Notes under the pieces: generated by a model
The model's input: only the letters and a program-made list of their open reading frames with translations
What the model was told of the DNA's origin: nothing
The model's database searches: none
In this document: positions 37,083 to 48,695 of the stretch, piece after piece
How the letters are laid out: every line of letters starts with the position of its first letter
Numbering within the stretch: the first letter of the stretch is position 1
NCBI RefSeq assembly: GCF_018977255.1
Contig: NW_024704743.1
Coordinates: 29,886,001 to 29,950,000, forward strand
Length of the DNA: 64,000 nt
Direction of reading: 5' to 3'
Source of the DNA: Callorhinchus milii
Lineage: Eukaryota
Translations under genes and position numbers: made by a program

Positions 37083-37703
37083 ATCCACACTACCTTCTCA
37101 ATGTTTCGATACATGATAAGGTGCTATATCAAATGCAAAGATCATTATGATCTTCCCATTGCAATGTCAGTTATCAGTGTCATTTCTGACAACCTGTTCG
37201 AGTCATTAATTGCTATCTGCAAAGAAATGCTTCTTGGTGTCTATCCTGACATTGCTCTTCATAAACACTGAACATGTGCTCTCTTGACCTGATGTCTTTT
37301 TGCATCTGACATTATTGTTCTGGGTTTATTGGGGCTGATGGCATGAAGCTGAACTGACGCGTAGAATTATATTGGCAGGATCACGGAGCACTCGGGGCAG
37401 TGAATGTTTGTATTTTTTATTGATGTTTCTTCAATTCTGTTTGATAGCCTCAGTTGGTCCTTCAGACCATTTACCCCATGATCTACAAGCATTCAATGGG
37501 GTCTAAATTTCAGCATTTGTTACTGAAATTCCTTAAAATCACAAAAGAATACAGAGTTCTTCCAGTAACTGGAATTACATTGTGGAATTTTCATCCTGGG
37601 ATGAAGTATCCCCAATGTTTAAAAAATAAAATAATCAGAAAAATGAACATAGAAGTTGCTCGTAATTCTTTGAAATCAGTTATCATTGAGTAAATGTTTG
37701 TGT

Positions 37704-38433
37704 GTCAGCCTTGCTTAGTTGGTAGCACTCTCGTCTCTGAGTCAGATGGTTCAAGTGGGTCTTGGAACTCATATAATCTATGTTGACCCTCCAGTGCAGT
37801 GATGCGGGTGAACTGCATTGTCAAAGGTGCCATTTGTGGAGTCCTGTAGCTCAGTGGTTAGAGCACTCGCCTTGCAGGCAAGACATCTGGGTTCAATTCC
37901 AGGTAGGGTGAAACCATGGGCAAGTTTCCTTACTCCACACGCCTAATAATAATCCCTCCAAAACAAAACAATAATAAATTGGTCATTTCAATCCACAATT
38001 GTTTGTGGGACACTGCTGTGCGCAATTGGCTGCTGCGTTTCGCCCACAAATATACAGTCAATTCACTTTACAGTATATTCTGTGAAACGCTTTGAGACGT
38101 CTAGAAGACGTGAAAAGCGCTATATCAAATGCAAGGATTATTATTATTATCCATAGGCTGAGTTGTTAAATTGAGGTCCCATCTGCCTGTTTGGTGAATG
38201 CTAAAGATTCCATAACAGTATTTGAAAAGAAAAGGGAATTTCCTGACCAGCGATCCCCCAAATAACATTTACCATTTATTTCATGGCTGTTTGTGGAACA
38301 TTGCTGAGTGCAAATTGTTTACTGGAATTGCCTACAAAATACACAGTCAATACACTATACAATGGACCTTGTGAAATGCTTTGAGATGTCTTCTCAACAT
38401 GAATGTAGCTATATCAAAAGTAAGGATTATTAT
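37704..38433 (+). mobile_element. Older DeuSINE-like SINE split by a young SINE
   Basis: Head at 37704-37835 and remainder at 38151-38433 are collinear with 36675-37082. Confidence 0.72.
37836..38150 (+). mobile_element. Young SINE (short form) nested in an older DeuSINE-like copy
   Basis: Full head to (tta)n tail; the host element continues on both sides. Confidence 0.92.
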
Positions 38434-38559
38434 TCGTTTATATTTGAAGAAACAGATTATCAAGAGTGCAGGAAAGAGTTGAGAATTGAGATTAGTTTTC
38501 TCTTTAGGTTTATACTTAAAAAAGAATAACTAGTATTTGAGTTGTAAATATGGGATGAA

Positions 38560-38905
38560 CATTGCACATTCTGTGACAGTCAGGATTTTGTTGGACCCCA
38601 GCTGGCAGTTGGGGTAAGGAGGGGTGGAGGCCAGGGGGGTGGGGGTGGGAGGGTGACCAAAGGCACGGTCGAAGAGGAAGGTCTTTAGACGGGACTTGAA
38701 GGAGGCAAGAGAGGTTTTGAGGTGGAAGGATTGCAGAATAGAGTTCCAGAGTGTGGTGGTATAGATGCTGAATGCCCGCCCGCCAGTGGTGGGACGAGAA
38801 GTGCTGGGGACCTGAAGCAGTCCACCGAGTGGAGGGAGCGGACAGGCTGATATGGGGTTAGGAGATTGGAGAGGTAGGGGGAAGCAGGACCATGAGTCAT
38901 TGAAG
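38560..38905 (-). mobile_element. L2 3' fragment
   Basis: PTTGGRAFSIYTTTLWNS...SFKSRLKTFLFDRAF on the minus strand. Confidence 0.82.
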
Positions 38906-39025
38906 TTCCTCATGATGATTAACACATCACCACAGTTTGCTATTATCACCCTGCAGTTTTTAGAGAACTTGTACTACAACAAACGCACAATTTGAAGTTT
39001 AACCTCTGCTGAATTGGTCATCTAG

Positions 39026-39254
39026 GCTCACAGTAACAGACTCGGATGGGGTTGAAAACTCAACGACCGCTACAGTGACTGTCATTAAACCCGTGGACTA
39101 TCCCCCGGTTGTAAATCCTGGTCCGAATCAAGCCATAACCCTGCCCCATAACAGCATCACACTGAATGGAAACCAGAGCAGCGACGATTTCCAAATTGTG
39201 GACTACGAGTGGTTGCTCAGCCCTAATAGCAACGGCAAGGTGGTTGCAATGCAG
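39026..39254 (+). CDS. KIAA0319: KIAA0319 exon 10 (PKD2 end, PKD3)
   Basis: tctag|G...CAG|gttagt; LTVTDSDGVENSTTATVTVIKPVDYPPVVNPGPNQAITLPHNSITLNGNQSSDDFQIVDYEW...VAMQ; 229 nt. Confidence 0.95.
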
Positions 39255-40299
39255 GTTAGTGTACCACAAAGGTTGTTACTGTGCTTTACATTAGAAACAA
39301 GGTGATTGGCTTCCGATCATGAGGTGAATGGGACATCTCACAAACAGATCATTGTCACATCACACTTTTTATGAAATGATGCATATTTTCATCCATTTTT
39401 ACATACTGGCTATGGAGCTGAACCCCTCCCCTTCGTCTACAGCACGGCATTTTTCAGATGGGATTTAAAGATAGACAACTAGGGGGTAAAACTGAAGGAT
39501 TGAGGCAGTTCCAGTGTCTGAAGACAAAGCTGTCGATGGTGTTGTGGAAGGGTTGGAGAACACATAGGCCTGTTAACTGAGCAAAAGGGGTGGACAGAAG
39601 AATGGGATACAAGCAGGTCAGAATGATAAGAGAGATGCTAGGGCCTGAAGGCATTTATTTGTATGTGAGGGTGAGGATCTTGAAGACAAGCTGTTTAGAA
39701 ACAGGGAAACAGTAGAGCCTGGTGAGGATTGAGGTTGTAGACATGCAGTTTGTTATGGGTGAGGGTATGGATGGTGGGGTTTTCTATTAGCTGGACCTTA
39801 TGGATGGTTGAACTGGAGAGACCAGTGATGAGTGCATCAGGGAAATCAAGGTGGGGGTAAAAAGTGTGGAGAAAGATCTTGACAGCATTTAATGTGAGAT
39901 AGGGATCGAGGTGGGCATTGTGGCGCAGTGGAGGAAAACAGTCCTGGTCAGGGATCGATGGTGGGGTAGGAAGGATAGCTGAGAATTGATCCAGTGCTGG
40001 ACCAAGATTGCTGAATTCGGGACATAGATATGTGATTGCAAATTGAATAATCTAAGTAAATTGATCGAGCAATCCATGTACAATAATAAATTTGAGTCAA
40101 AAAAGACTTTTTACATATAAATATCCTATAAATAATCCAGCATACTGTCAGTTATTAAACTAATTAAATAAACCTTGCTTTTCTTAGAAGTGTATTGCTA
40201 AATCTTTATGTCCTTATGTAATTGGGAGTAATCTCAGGTGAATTCACGCCATATGGCTAAGTTTCCTGACTATAATTGCACGTGTGTTGTGTTGATCAG

Positions 40300-40423
40300 A
40301 AGGTGCGGACTCCTTATCTCCAGCTGTCTGCGATGCAGGAAGGAGATTACACGTTTCAGCTCACACTCACTGACTCTGCCGGACAGAAATCGTCTGCCGA
40401 GGTCACTGTTATTGTCCAGCCGG
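40300..40423 (+). CDS. KIAA0319: KIAA0319 exon 11 (PKD3)
   Basis: atcag|AAG...CCGG|gtgag; KVRTPYLQLSAMQEGDYTFQLTLTDSAGQKSSAEVTVIVQP; 124 nt; NAGNAG acceptor. Confidence 0.93.
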
Positions 40424-41299
40424 GTGAGTTCACACCAACGAGACCTCAGATCTTCAGAAGGGACGATGTCCACCTTCTCCACACAAGATGATACTTTACA
40501 ACAGTGGGCTGTTAGTACCGAGGCGATTTCCTTGATAAGATAAGGAAATGGGAACTCCACTCACAAACGATTTACATTCAAAACAGAGTGAAATGAGTGA
40601 CATATTGCTGGTTAGCCATGTTGTTTCCTTATTAAGGAATTCCATTAGAAACCACAGCCTTTTGTGTGTATGTTTATGTTTATGTGTGCGTGTGCACATT
40701 GTGTGTGTATGTATGTGTGGGTGTGTATATGGTATTTGTTGGAATTAGGATGCTGGGGTATAGTATCTAAGGATGCTGGTTGATCTCCAGTATATTGTCT
40801 AAGTGGCTTTCACTCATTTTGTGTTAAATGTTGTATCACTGAGCTCTTTTCCCTTGGAATGATGATATATCAGGAGTTTACTGTTCTTCAGACTAATAAT
40901 GTGGAACACACTGTGCACCGCCCCCCCACCTCTCCCAGAGGGCCCCAGGAGCACAATCAATTAGGAAGATTAAAAGAGAAATAGATAGATAGTTGGAAAG
41001 TCAGGATATTGGGGAATATGGAGAAAAGGCAAAGAAATTGGATGAAAAGATTTCCCATTGTCTAATAAAATGGCAGAAGAGACAAGACAAGCAAAATAGT
41101 AATAAGCCTAGAATTTGATACAATGCCTTCTCATGTTGTTGAAACCTCTCAAAGCGCTTCATAGGATTGAATGCGTTGTATTCAGCACACTCATGATGAT
41201 GTTAAAGGTTGGATTGCAATTGCAAACATTTCAGAGCCTGTTGTTTTGCATGATGGATTGTGAATGTATAATAATCCATTGTCACTCTTCTTTCTGCAG

Positions 41300-41432
41300 A
41301 GATTAATAGCCCCCCAGTAGCAGTTGTTGGTCCTGACAAGGAATTAATAAGGCCAGTGGAAAGTACCACTCTGAATGGGACTGGTAGTACCGATGATCAG
41401 GCTATTGTCTTGTACCATTGGGAGCAAATCAG
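41300..41432 (+). CDS. KIAA0319: KIAA0319 exon 12 (PKD4)
   Basis: ctgcag|AG...CAG|gtaaac; EINSPPVAVVGPDKELIRPVESTTLNGTGSTDDQAIVLYHWEQI; 133 nt. Confidence 0.95.
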
Positions 41433-41510
41433 GTAAACAGACAATGGGGCAAAGACTTGATTGCTTTAATTTCCACCAACTGGGGATACGGAGTTTAAGT
41501 CATTTTGCCG

Positions 41511-41781
41511 TGGAGTCCCATAATTAATTGGTTAGAGTACTTGCCTCGCAAATGAGAGGACACGGGTTTGATTCCTGGGCAGGGCGAAACCTTAGGCAAG
41601 TTTCCTTACTCCACACATCTCTGTTTACTTAGCAATAAGTAGGAACCTGGTTGTTAGTCGATTGGCGGATCGCTTTCCGGGGGCAATATTCCTTTAAATA
41701 AAAAGTGGCCACTCAATGCACGACTATTTGTGGGACACAGCTGTGCGCAATTGGTTGCTGAGTTTCACCCACAAAATATAC
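41511..41781 (+). mobile_element. Young SINE (long form), 3'-truncated
   Basis: Head, internal segment and body present; tail absent. Confidence 0.85.
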
Positions 41782-42399
41782 CCAACCCTGGTGGGGCTTG
41801 AGCCCATATAGTATAGGAAACCCTGGCCTAGACGATGAGCTCAAAGACCTGATGTATGGCTTGAGTTCCGCATTTAAAAGAAATTGGATAACTAGTTGAG
41901 GAAGCATTGCCTCAAAGGATTTGGGGAAGAGCAAAGGAAAGAGATGAGTAGATAGCTCCAGTGGAGGAGCTAGCACCAGCTCAGATACATTCTATTATTC
42001 TACATTTATTGATCCTATGATTTTCCTGCCACTCTACCCCCGCACCCCCACCCCTTCTTTTGACTTGTTGTTTTTCTTCTCCTGGGCACTCTCTGATATT
42101 TTGCTCAAGTCAACATTATTTCACAGCTGTTGTGGGTGGGAGAGAGGAACTCACAGACAATCAGAGCCTATCTACCTGTGTTCATCCCAGCGAGGATCTC
42201 AGGCTAGCCATCAGGAATGCGATTCCTTGTTCATTACTGGGAATTGCTAGTTTTGGGAAAAAAAATTCAAATGATTTGGATTTTTCACAAGGTTTGACAC
42301 TAATGATGTTTAAGAGAAATGGAGGTACTAATCAGGAGTTTCAGAGATTGTAATTGTAACATAATGAGATGTCCTCCAGATGTGAAAAGTGCTATAATA

Positions 42400-42645
42400 A
42401 TAACAATAATGATAATAATCCTTGCATTTGATATTTGTGGACAAAATGCAGCAGCCAATTGCGCACAGCAGTGTCCCACAAACAGTCGTGGGTTGAAGAG
42501 ACCAATTTATTAATTTTTTTTCTTGAGGGATTAGTATCAGGAATGTGGAGTAAGAAAACTTGCCCAAGGTTTCACCCTGACGGGAATTGAACCTAGGTCT
42601 CTCACTTGGGAGGTCAATGCTCTAACCACTGAGCTACAGGACTCC
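42400..42645 (-). mobile_element. Young SINE (short form) with internal deletion
   Basis: Head ...ctaaccactgagctacaggactcc; tail ataataatccttgcatttgata. Confidence 0.85.
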
Positions 42646-42803
42646 TATATAAATGTAAATTATATTGTAATTACATCTATTAGATGCCACCTGTGGGTAA
42701 AAGAAAAGTGATAATTGGATGTTAACAGAGGGAAGGAAGCTCGTTGTTGCAGTGAGTCCAGTAATTTCTGTTGTGAATCTATATATCTGTTGTTTATTTT
42801 CAG

Positions 42804-42952
42804 TGGTCCTGGTGCTACAAGGATTGAGAACAGTGACAAAGCATTGGCTACAGTGACAGGGCTCCAGGGCGGGAGGTACCAGTTCAGACTGACAGTGACG
42901 GACCAACATGGGCTCAGCAGCTCCAGCACAGTTACCGTCGCTGTCAGAGAAG
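42804..42952 (+). CDS. KIAA0319: KIAA0319 exon 13 (PKD4)
   Basis: tttcag|T...GAAG|gtcag; SGPGATRIENSDKALATVTGLQGGRYQFRLTVTDQHGLSSSSTVTVAVRE; 149 nt. Confidence 0.95.
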
Positions 42953-43779
42953 GTCAGTAAATTTTGCCTTAGTTCTACTGAGATTGAGTTGCCTGTCCAA
43001 CGCAATCTGGCATTCGTTTGTATTTCTTTTTCTATTTGCTGGGTAATATTGGTATTCTTCCGGTCCTTGTGAGAACTACGTCTCATCAGTCAAAATACAA
43101 TCTGTAACACACAACGTTCACACTTACTGCATTGTATGTTGACCTTCGCCAGAAATGAACTACAAATTGCCTTTTCACACTTTTACAACAACAACTTGCA
43201 TTTGTACAGCACCCTTCATGCCTTGGAGCGCTTAACAAAGGTGTATTTTCACGCCGAGCCAAGGAGAAAGCGGAGGTGATTATAGGCATGATCGAAACCA
43301 ATATAACATCAATGTTGTTGCTTTAGTAAGTCAGTCATGATACAGAGTGAATGTGGAGAACACCGATCACAAGATCACAAGAGAGGTTTGGATGAAGGAG
43401 GCCCTTTGGCGCAATTAATCTCTTCCATCCAAAATACTCACCCTACTGTCCTCCCATCACAGCAGCAAACTCTTTATTAAATAAGTCCAGTATCCTAGCC
43501 TCGACCATCCTTCCTGGCAATCCATTTCAGTCATTAACTCACCCACTGCATAAAGAGATCTGAAGCAGAGGGATTTATTGAGCAAGAACGTATTAGTCTT
43601 CTGTAAATATAGAAACGTTTTGCACAGTTTGTGAACCAACAGGATTTTTTCAGTTTTGTTGGAAGTTCAGCTAAAGGAAGTTAAGCTCATCCAGGACACT
43701 ATGTCTGATTGGTTGTCAGTCAGCACAACAATTGTCCTGGGATTGAAGGCAGGAGCAGTGAGGGAGAGCTGTCTATCAT

Positions 43780-43934
43780 CAGGTGGAGGTGGATAGATAT
43801 TTGTTAGGTAAGGCATCAAGGGATATGGGGCAAAGGCGGGTAATTGGAGTTGAGGTACAGATCAGCCATGATCTAATAGAATGGTGGAACCGGCTTGAGG
43901 GACTGTATGGTCCACTCCCGTTCTTGTGTTCCTA
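43780..43934 (+). mobile_element. CR1 3' end fragment
   Basis: gatcagccatgatctaatagaatggtgg...ttcttgtgttcct aligns to 20260-20345. Confidence 0.75.
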
Positions 43935-43975
43935 TCAGTATTACTTGTTTAATCATTTTGTTCTATGTTTCTAAG

Positions 43976-44127
43976 AAACCAACAGTCCTCCGGTATCCAA
44001 TGCTGGGGGGAATCACATCCTGGTGCTGCCTAACAGCTCCATTGCTCTTGATGGGTCTAAATCCACAGATGACCAGGGCATCGAGTCTTACCTTTGGACC
44101 AGAGGTGGCCTGAGTCCAGCCGCAGGG
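43976..44127 (+). CDS. KIAA0319: KIAA0319 exon 14 (PKD5)
   Basis: ttctaag|AA...GGG|gtgagt; ETNSPPVSNAGGNHILVLPNSSIALDGSKSTDDQGIESYLWTRGGLSPAAG; 152 nt. Confidence 0.93.
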
Positions 44128-44835
44128 GTGAGTATTAAATTCTGTGACCCTACACCTCAATCCCACTTAGAAATGTTAATATTTGTCCTTTACATTGCTC
44201 ATGAAAATTGGTCATTCACTTCAATGGCTTTCATTGTTGTGTGAAAATTGGCTGCCACATTTGTGTACAAAATACACACTGTGTCATTGTACTCTACAAT
44301 AAATCCTGTGAAGTTCATTGAAATAAGAACTGTTAGAAAAATAAAATTGTGGCGGGGGTGGGGGGGACTAACATTGTGGAACATTGTGTGTAATTTTGTT
44401 GTTGTTGTTGACTAAGAGTATCTCTGAGCGAAGAGGAGTAACAGTATGAGGTAAAAGATTAACACTAAATAATGAGGAGTAATGGTGTTGGGTATGTGGG
44501 CTACAGATACACAATCAGATATGGAGTGAGAGTGGGGGTGATAGCTTCAGTGGGGAACTACTGCAGAACATATATCAAATGACTAACTTCAGTGCTGAAA
44601 TTTCTTTTTTTAAACCAAGGAATGCACTTTGGAACATCTCACCCATGTATTTCCACTTCCACTCTGGTTCAGTAGCTAGGCCAGCTTTCAATTTTAATTA
44701 TTTGCCATTAATGAATGCCATAAGCTTTGACCTTTAAAGTCTCTTATACGGAAGTCTTATTGAACCCTTTCCTCATAGTAGTTGACATTTTCTAACAGTT
44801 AAACAGTGCTAGTAATCATGCTGTGTCCGCTGCAG

Positions 44836-44974
44836 GATGTAATGTATGGATCGGACCGAGAGGCAGTGCTCCAGTTGACCAACCTTGTGGAAGGCAAATA
44901 CATCTTTTACCTGAAAGTCACAGATGCGAAAGGAGAGTCGGACATAGACAGCACCACTGTGGAAGTACGGCCCG
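44836..44974 (+). CDS. KIAA0319: KIAA0319 exon 15 (PKD5)
   Basis: ctgcag|GAT...CCCG|gtacga; DVMYGSDREAVLQLTNLVEGKYIFYLKVTDAKGESDIDSTTVEVRP; 139 nt. Confidence 0.95.
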
Positions 44975-45864
44975 GTACGAAAGTGGACAATCTGCTGATA
45001 GATCATCGCTAAGGGCCTGTTTCTTCCTTAATTTTTGATCCCCTTCAATTTTCTTCCCTTCTCCTGTGAAGGTCTGACTCATGCTGGGGTTCCACTGGCG
45101 TGTCTTCATGTGTAAGGTTAGGCAGTGAGTATTAAATTATGGGTGACATTGTACGCCAGTCCTAGCTTCATTGTGCAGTCAACTCTCACAATGTCACACT
45201 AAATAACATAAGAAAAGCACAGATACAGGTGGCCATTCACCTAACGCACCCTTACCTTTTAATATGTATCAACCTACCTGATGTCCTTCAAAATAGCCCT
45301 CAAATAACCTAAATAGAATGCATTTGACTGTTCACCACCCCTCTCCCATTCCTCCAATATTCTTTGCAGATTATAGGCTATTTACTTTTAACTTCATGCA
45401 AACACAATCTCAAGGCATCCAACACACACAGATTTCTAAAAACATTGATTGGGAATTCCTATGTAAGACTCATTGTGAATGATCTCTGTTTCTTGTGGTC
45501 AGAGTACATGGGACCCCTTTAAACACAGGAATAAGACAAAAACAAAGTTGGCTACACAGTTGGGTTGGTTCAGCAATGTGGACAGACGTGCCTGTGATCT
45601 GAGATATGCCAATCAATGTTATCCAATATGAAAAGAAAATCAGTTTGGGAGAAATAGGCACCATTTACTCTTCCTTTCCTCTTGCTCTCCAGTTGCTAAG
45701 GTGGTCCACATGTGTACTGTAACGCCAATCATAGAGCCTTAGAAATGTACCTCACCGTAGAAGGCCATGTGATCCATTATATTAACGCTCTTCTGACGCC
45801 AGCAGCTATCCGGATCCCAATTCCCAACCCATCCTTGGCATGTGCTTGCCTCATTCCATTGGTG

Positions 45865-46046
45865 GATCGCTTTTCTGGGGGTAATAATTCCTTCAGAAAA
45901 AAAATCGGTCTCTCAATCCATGACTGTGGGACACTGCTGTGCGCAATATACCGTCAATTCACTTTACAGTATATTCGGTGAAGCGCTTTGAGACATCTCG
46001 AAGGTGTGATACTGCGCTATACCAAATATAAGGATTATTATTATTA
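45865..46046 (+). mobile_element. Young SINE, 3' part
   Basis: ggatcgcttttctgggggtaataattcc...aaggattattattatta. Confidence 0.83.
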
Positions 46047-46120
46047 CTTGCTATAATGGAGCCTGTTCCAACAGCCACTACTAGCACATTATTCAATGAC
46101 CCTATGCCCTTGCTTTACAG

Positions 46121-46280
46121 ATCCCAGGGAGGAGGAGCTGGTGGAGCTGGTGCTGCAAGTTGGTATTGGCAGCCTGAGCGAGAAGCAGAAAGACACACTG
46201 GTGCGGCAGCTCGCTGTGCTACTCGGGGTCCTGGATTCAGACGTTAAGGTGCAGAAGATACAGGCACACTCTGATTCAAG
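46121..46280 (+). CDS. KIAA0319: KIAA0319 exon 16
   Basis: ttacag|AT...CAAG|gtagc; DPREEELVELVLQVGIGSLSEKQKDTLVRQLAVLLGVLDSDVKVQKIQAHSDS; 160 nt. Confidence 0.95.
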
Positions 46281-46689
46281 GTAGCAAAGCAGAAGCCAGT
46301 CTTAACACGTAGAACTGTGACTTGTATCTGTGAGCAACACTTCTTTCATAATATTTTGTAAGGGGCGTCTTCTTGGAGCTGAGCTTGGCAACAGAATGTT
46401 GAACAGATTCCTCCTTGTGGCATTGATATTCATGTTATCTTCTCAAAAGAGCCTGCAGGCATATAACTGTACTGCAGTTCCGATACTGCCTCATTTGTAG
46501 CAGCATCAAACAAACTAATGGGATCCTCAGCGATATAGAAATCTACAGCACAGAAGGAGGCCATTTGGCCAGTCGAGCCTGCACCTGCTCACAGAGCAAG
46601 GATATCGCTTCAATCCCATGAGCTTTATCCTCATACCCCTTCAAGCCCCTCTCTTTCATATGCCTGTCTACTTCCCTCTTTAAAGCTAC

Positions 46690-47061
46690 AATAATAATAA
46701 TCCTTGCATTTGATATAGTGCATTATCATACCTTCGAGATAATAATAATAATAATAATAATCCTTGCATTTGATATAGCGCTTTTCACGTCGGAAGGACG
46801 TCTCAAAGCGCTTCACAGAATATATTGTAAAGTGAATTGACTGTATATTTTGTGGGCAAAACGCGGCAGCCAATTGCACACAGCAGTGTCCCACAAACAG
46901 TTGTGGATTGAAGTGACCAATTTATTAATTTTTTAAGGAATTATTACCCCTGGAAAAGCAATCCACCAATCGACTAACAACCAGGTTTCTACTTACTGCT
47001 AGGTAAAGAGAGGCGTGTGGAGTAAGGAAAATTGCCCAACATTTCACCCTGCCGGGAATTG
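46690..47061 (-). mobile_element. Young SINE (long form, head truncated) plus a second tandem tail
   Basis: Two stacked (aat)n-ccttgcatttgatatag tails at 46690 and 46741. Confidence 0.88.
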
Positions 47062-48552
47062 GGACGTACTTTTGATATTGCTCCTTTCACATTGGGAGGA
47101 CGTCTTAGCACCAGCGCGATTTATATTGTGCCCTTCATGCGGGGCAGCATCTCGAATCACTTAACAGTGGCGTAGCCTGACTCTGAGCCGGGGGAAGGGA
47201 GGAGATGACTGTAAGCATCGTCGAAGAGGAAGGTCTTCAGTTATAGTCTAAAAGAGTGGAAAGAGGGGACAAGGTGGAGGGGTTGAGGGAGAGAGTTAAT
47301 TTGGTGTTCAACTCTGCCAACGTGCAGCACTCCAAGACACTATTCTGCATGAAAGGCGCTATATACATTCTTGTTGTACATCAGGAATTAGTCTGAAATC
47401 CCTTCACACCATTTGTTGGTGCAAATCCACTTCCTCAGTCTAGTAGCCTTGCACTAACAGGCAACTCTGGGGCTCATTTTCTGATCACCAAAATAGTTAC
47501 AGTATAATTTACATTTATATAACATCTTTCACGTCAGGAGGACGTCTCATTTACTAACCTCAGTGGGTGAGAGGATCTGATATTGTACTGGTTGGTAAAC
47601 GACTTTGCTGGTGTGATCTTATAATGAGGAAATTGTATGCCAAGTTGCCATAGTGCAGGGTTGCTAAGGTTGCAAATGCACCTACTGACAAATAAATTAG
47701 TTACGTGTGTGAAAGAGTCACTGGATTGGACACATTCGGACTCTGCTTTGGCGATACTTGAAGCATGCAGGCATTTTTATGCACATGTACAGTTGGTGGG
47801 CATTGTGAGGTCTTGAGCAAAAGCCAGAGCACCTAATAGTGAGGTTTAGTATTCAGAGATTGTCTTGCTGATCTGCCGGAACTCTGCTCTGCTAGCAATC
47901 ATACTCCCAACTTCCATGAAGTTGGATTGCATCCAAAGGAGTTACCAGCAGGACATAAATTGAAATTGGAGTCTGAGACACACATCATGTACATAACAGA
48001 GTTCAGTAGAGGCACAATAAGGATGCTTACTTCAGGAGATCAAGGAACCCATGCTGGATAGGTGGTGATGCTTCTCTAAAGTTGGGGCAAAAGTGCATTG
48101 CTGAAGCCGAGTGGAGGAGGCTTCAAGCTGCAGCTGACTGCAATGACCTGGGAGAGCTTGGTGCTGAGACTGGGAGCTAAAAATATTCCAAATTTCCTGC
48201 ACTGACATCCCTGACATGGGCAAGCACAAAGGTTCACTTCAAAATAAATTAATTGGGAAATTCCAAATTCCTGTGTCCTGGACACTGCAGAACAGGAACT
48301 TTATTGATGGGAGATGTTGGCATATTCGGTAGTTCCTTTGCTTCCACTGTCAGAAAACATCAATGAAGAAATACTTACACTCTGTAAACTTTATTTAATA
48401 ACTGTAGTTATTAACTAAAAATGCATTCTGGGATGAAATGACTTCTTCATCCAAACTCCCTTTGTGATCCTGTGACATGTTCTTGCAGATTTAAGATCTA
48501 CGTTGCACAGACTGTCCCTGGCTAATAGTTTTGTGTCCTGTGTGTCCCATAG

Positions 48553-48695
48553 TACAGTGTTGACATTTTACGTGCAAGGCGGTGAACCGTACAGAGTGTA
48601 TAAGGGGGTGGATGTGGTCAGGAGTCTACAGAAACGACTGATGAGAGAGAAAGTGGACTTTCTACTCTTCAGACCTCTGAGAATAGACACAGTTG
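48553..48695 (+). CDS. KIAA0319: KIAA0319 exon 17
   Basis: catag|T...GTTG|gtgagt; STVLTFYVQGGEPYRVYKGVDVVRSLQKRLMREKVDFLLFRPLRIDTV; 143 nt. Confidence 0.95.
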
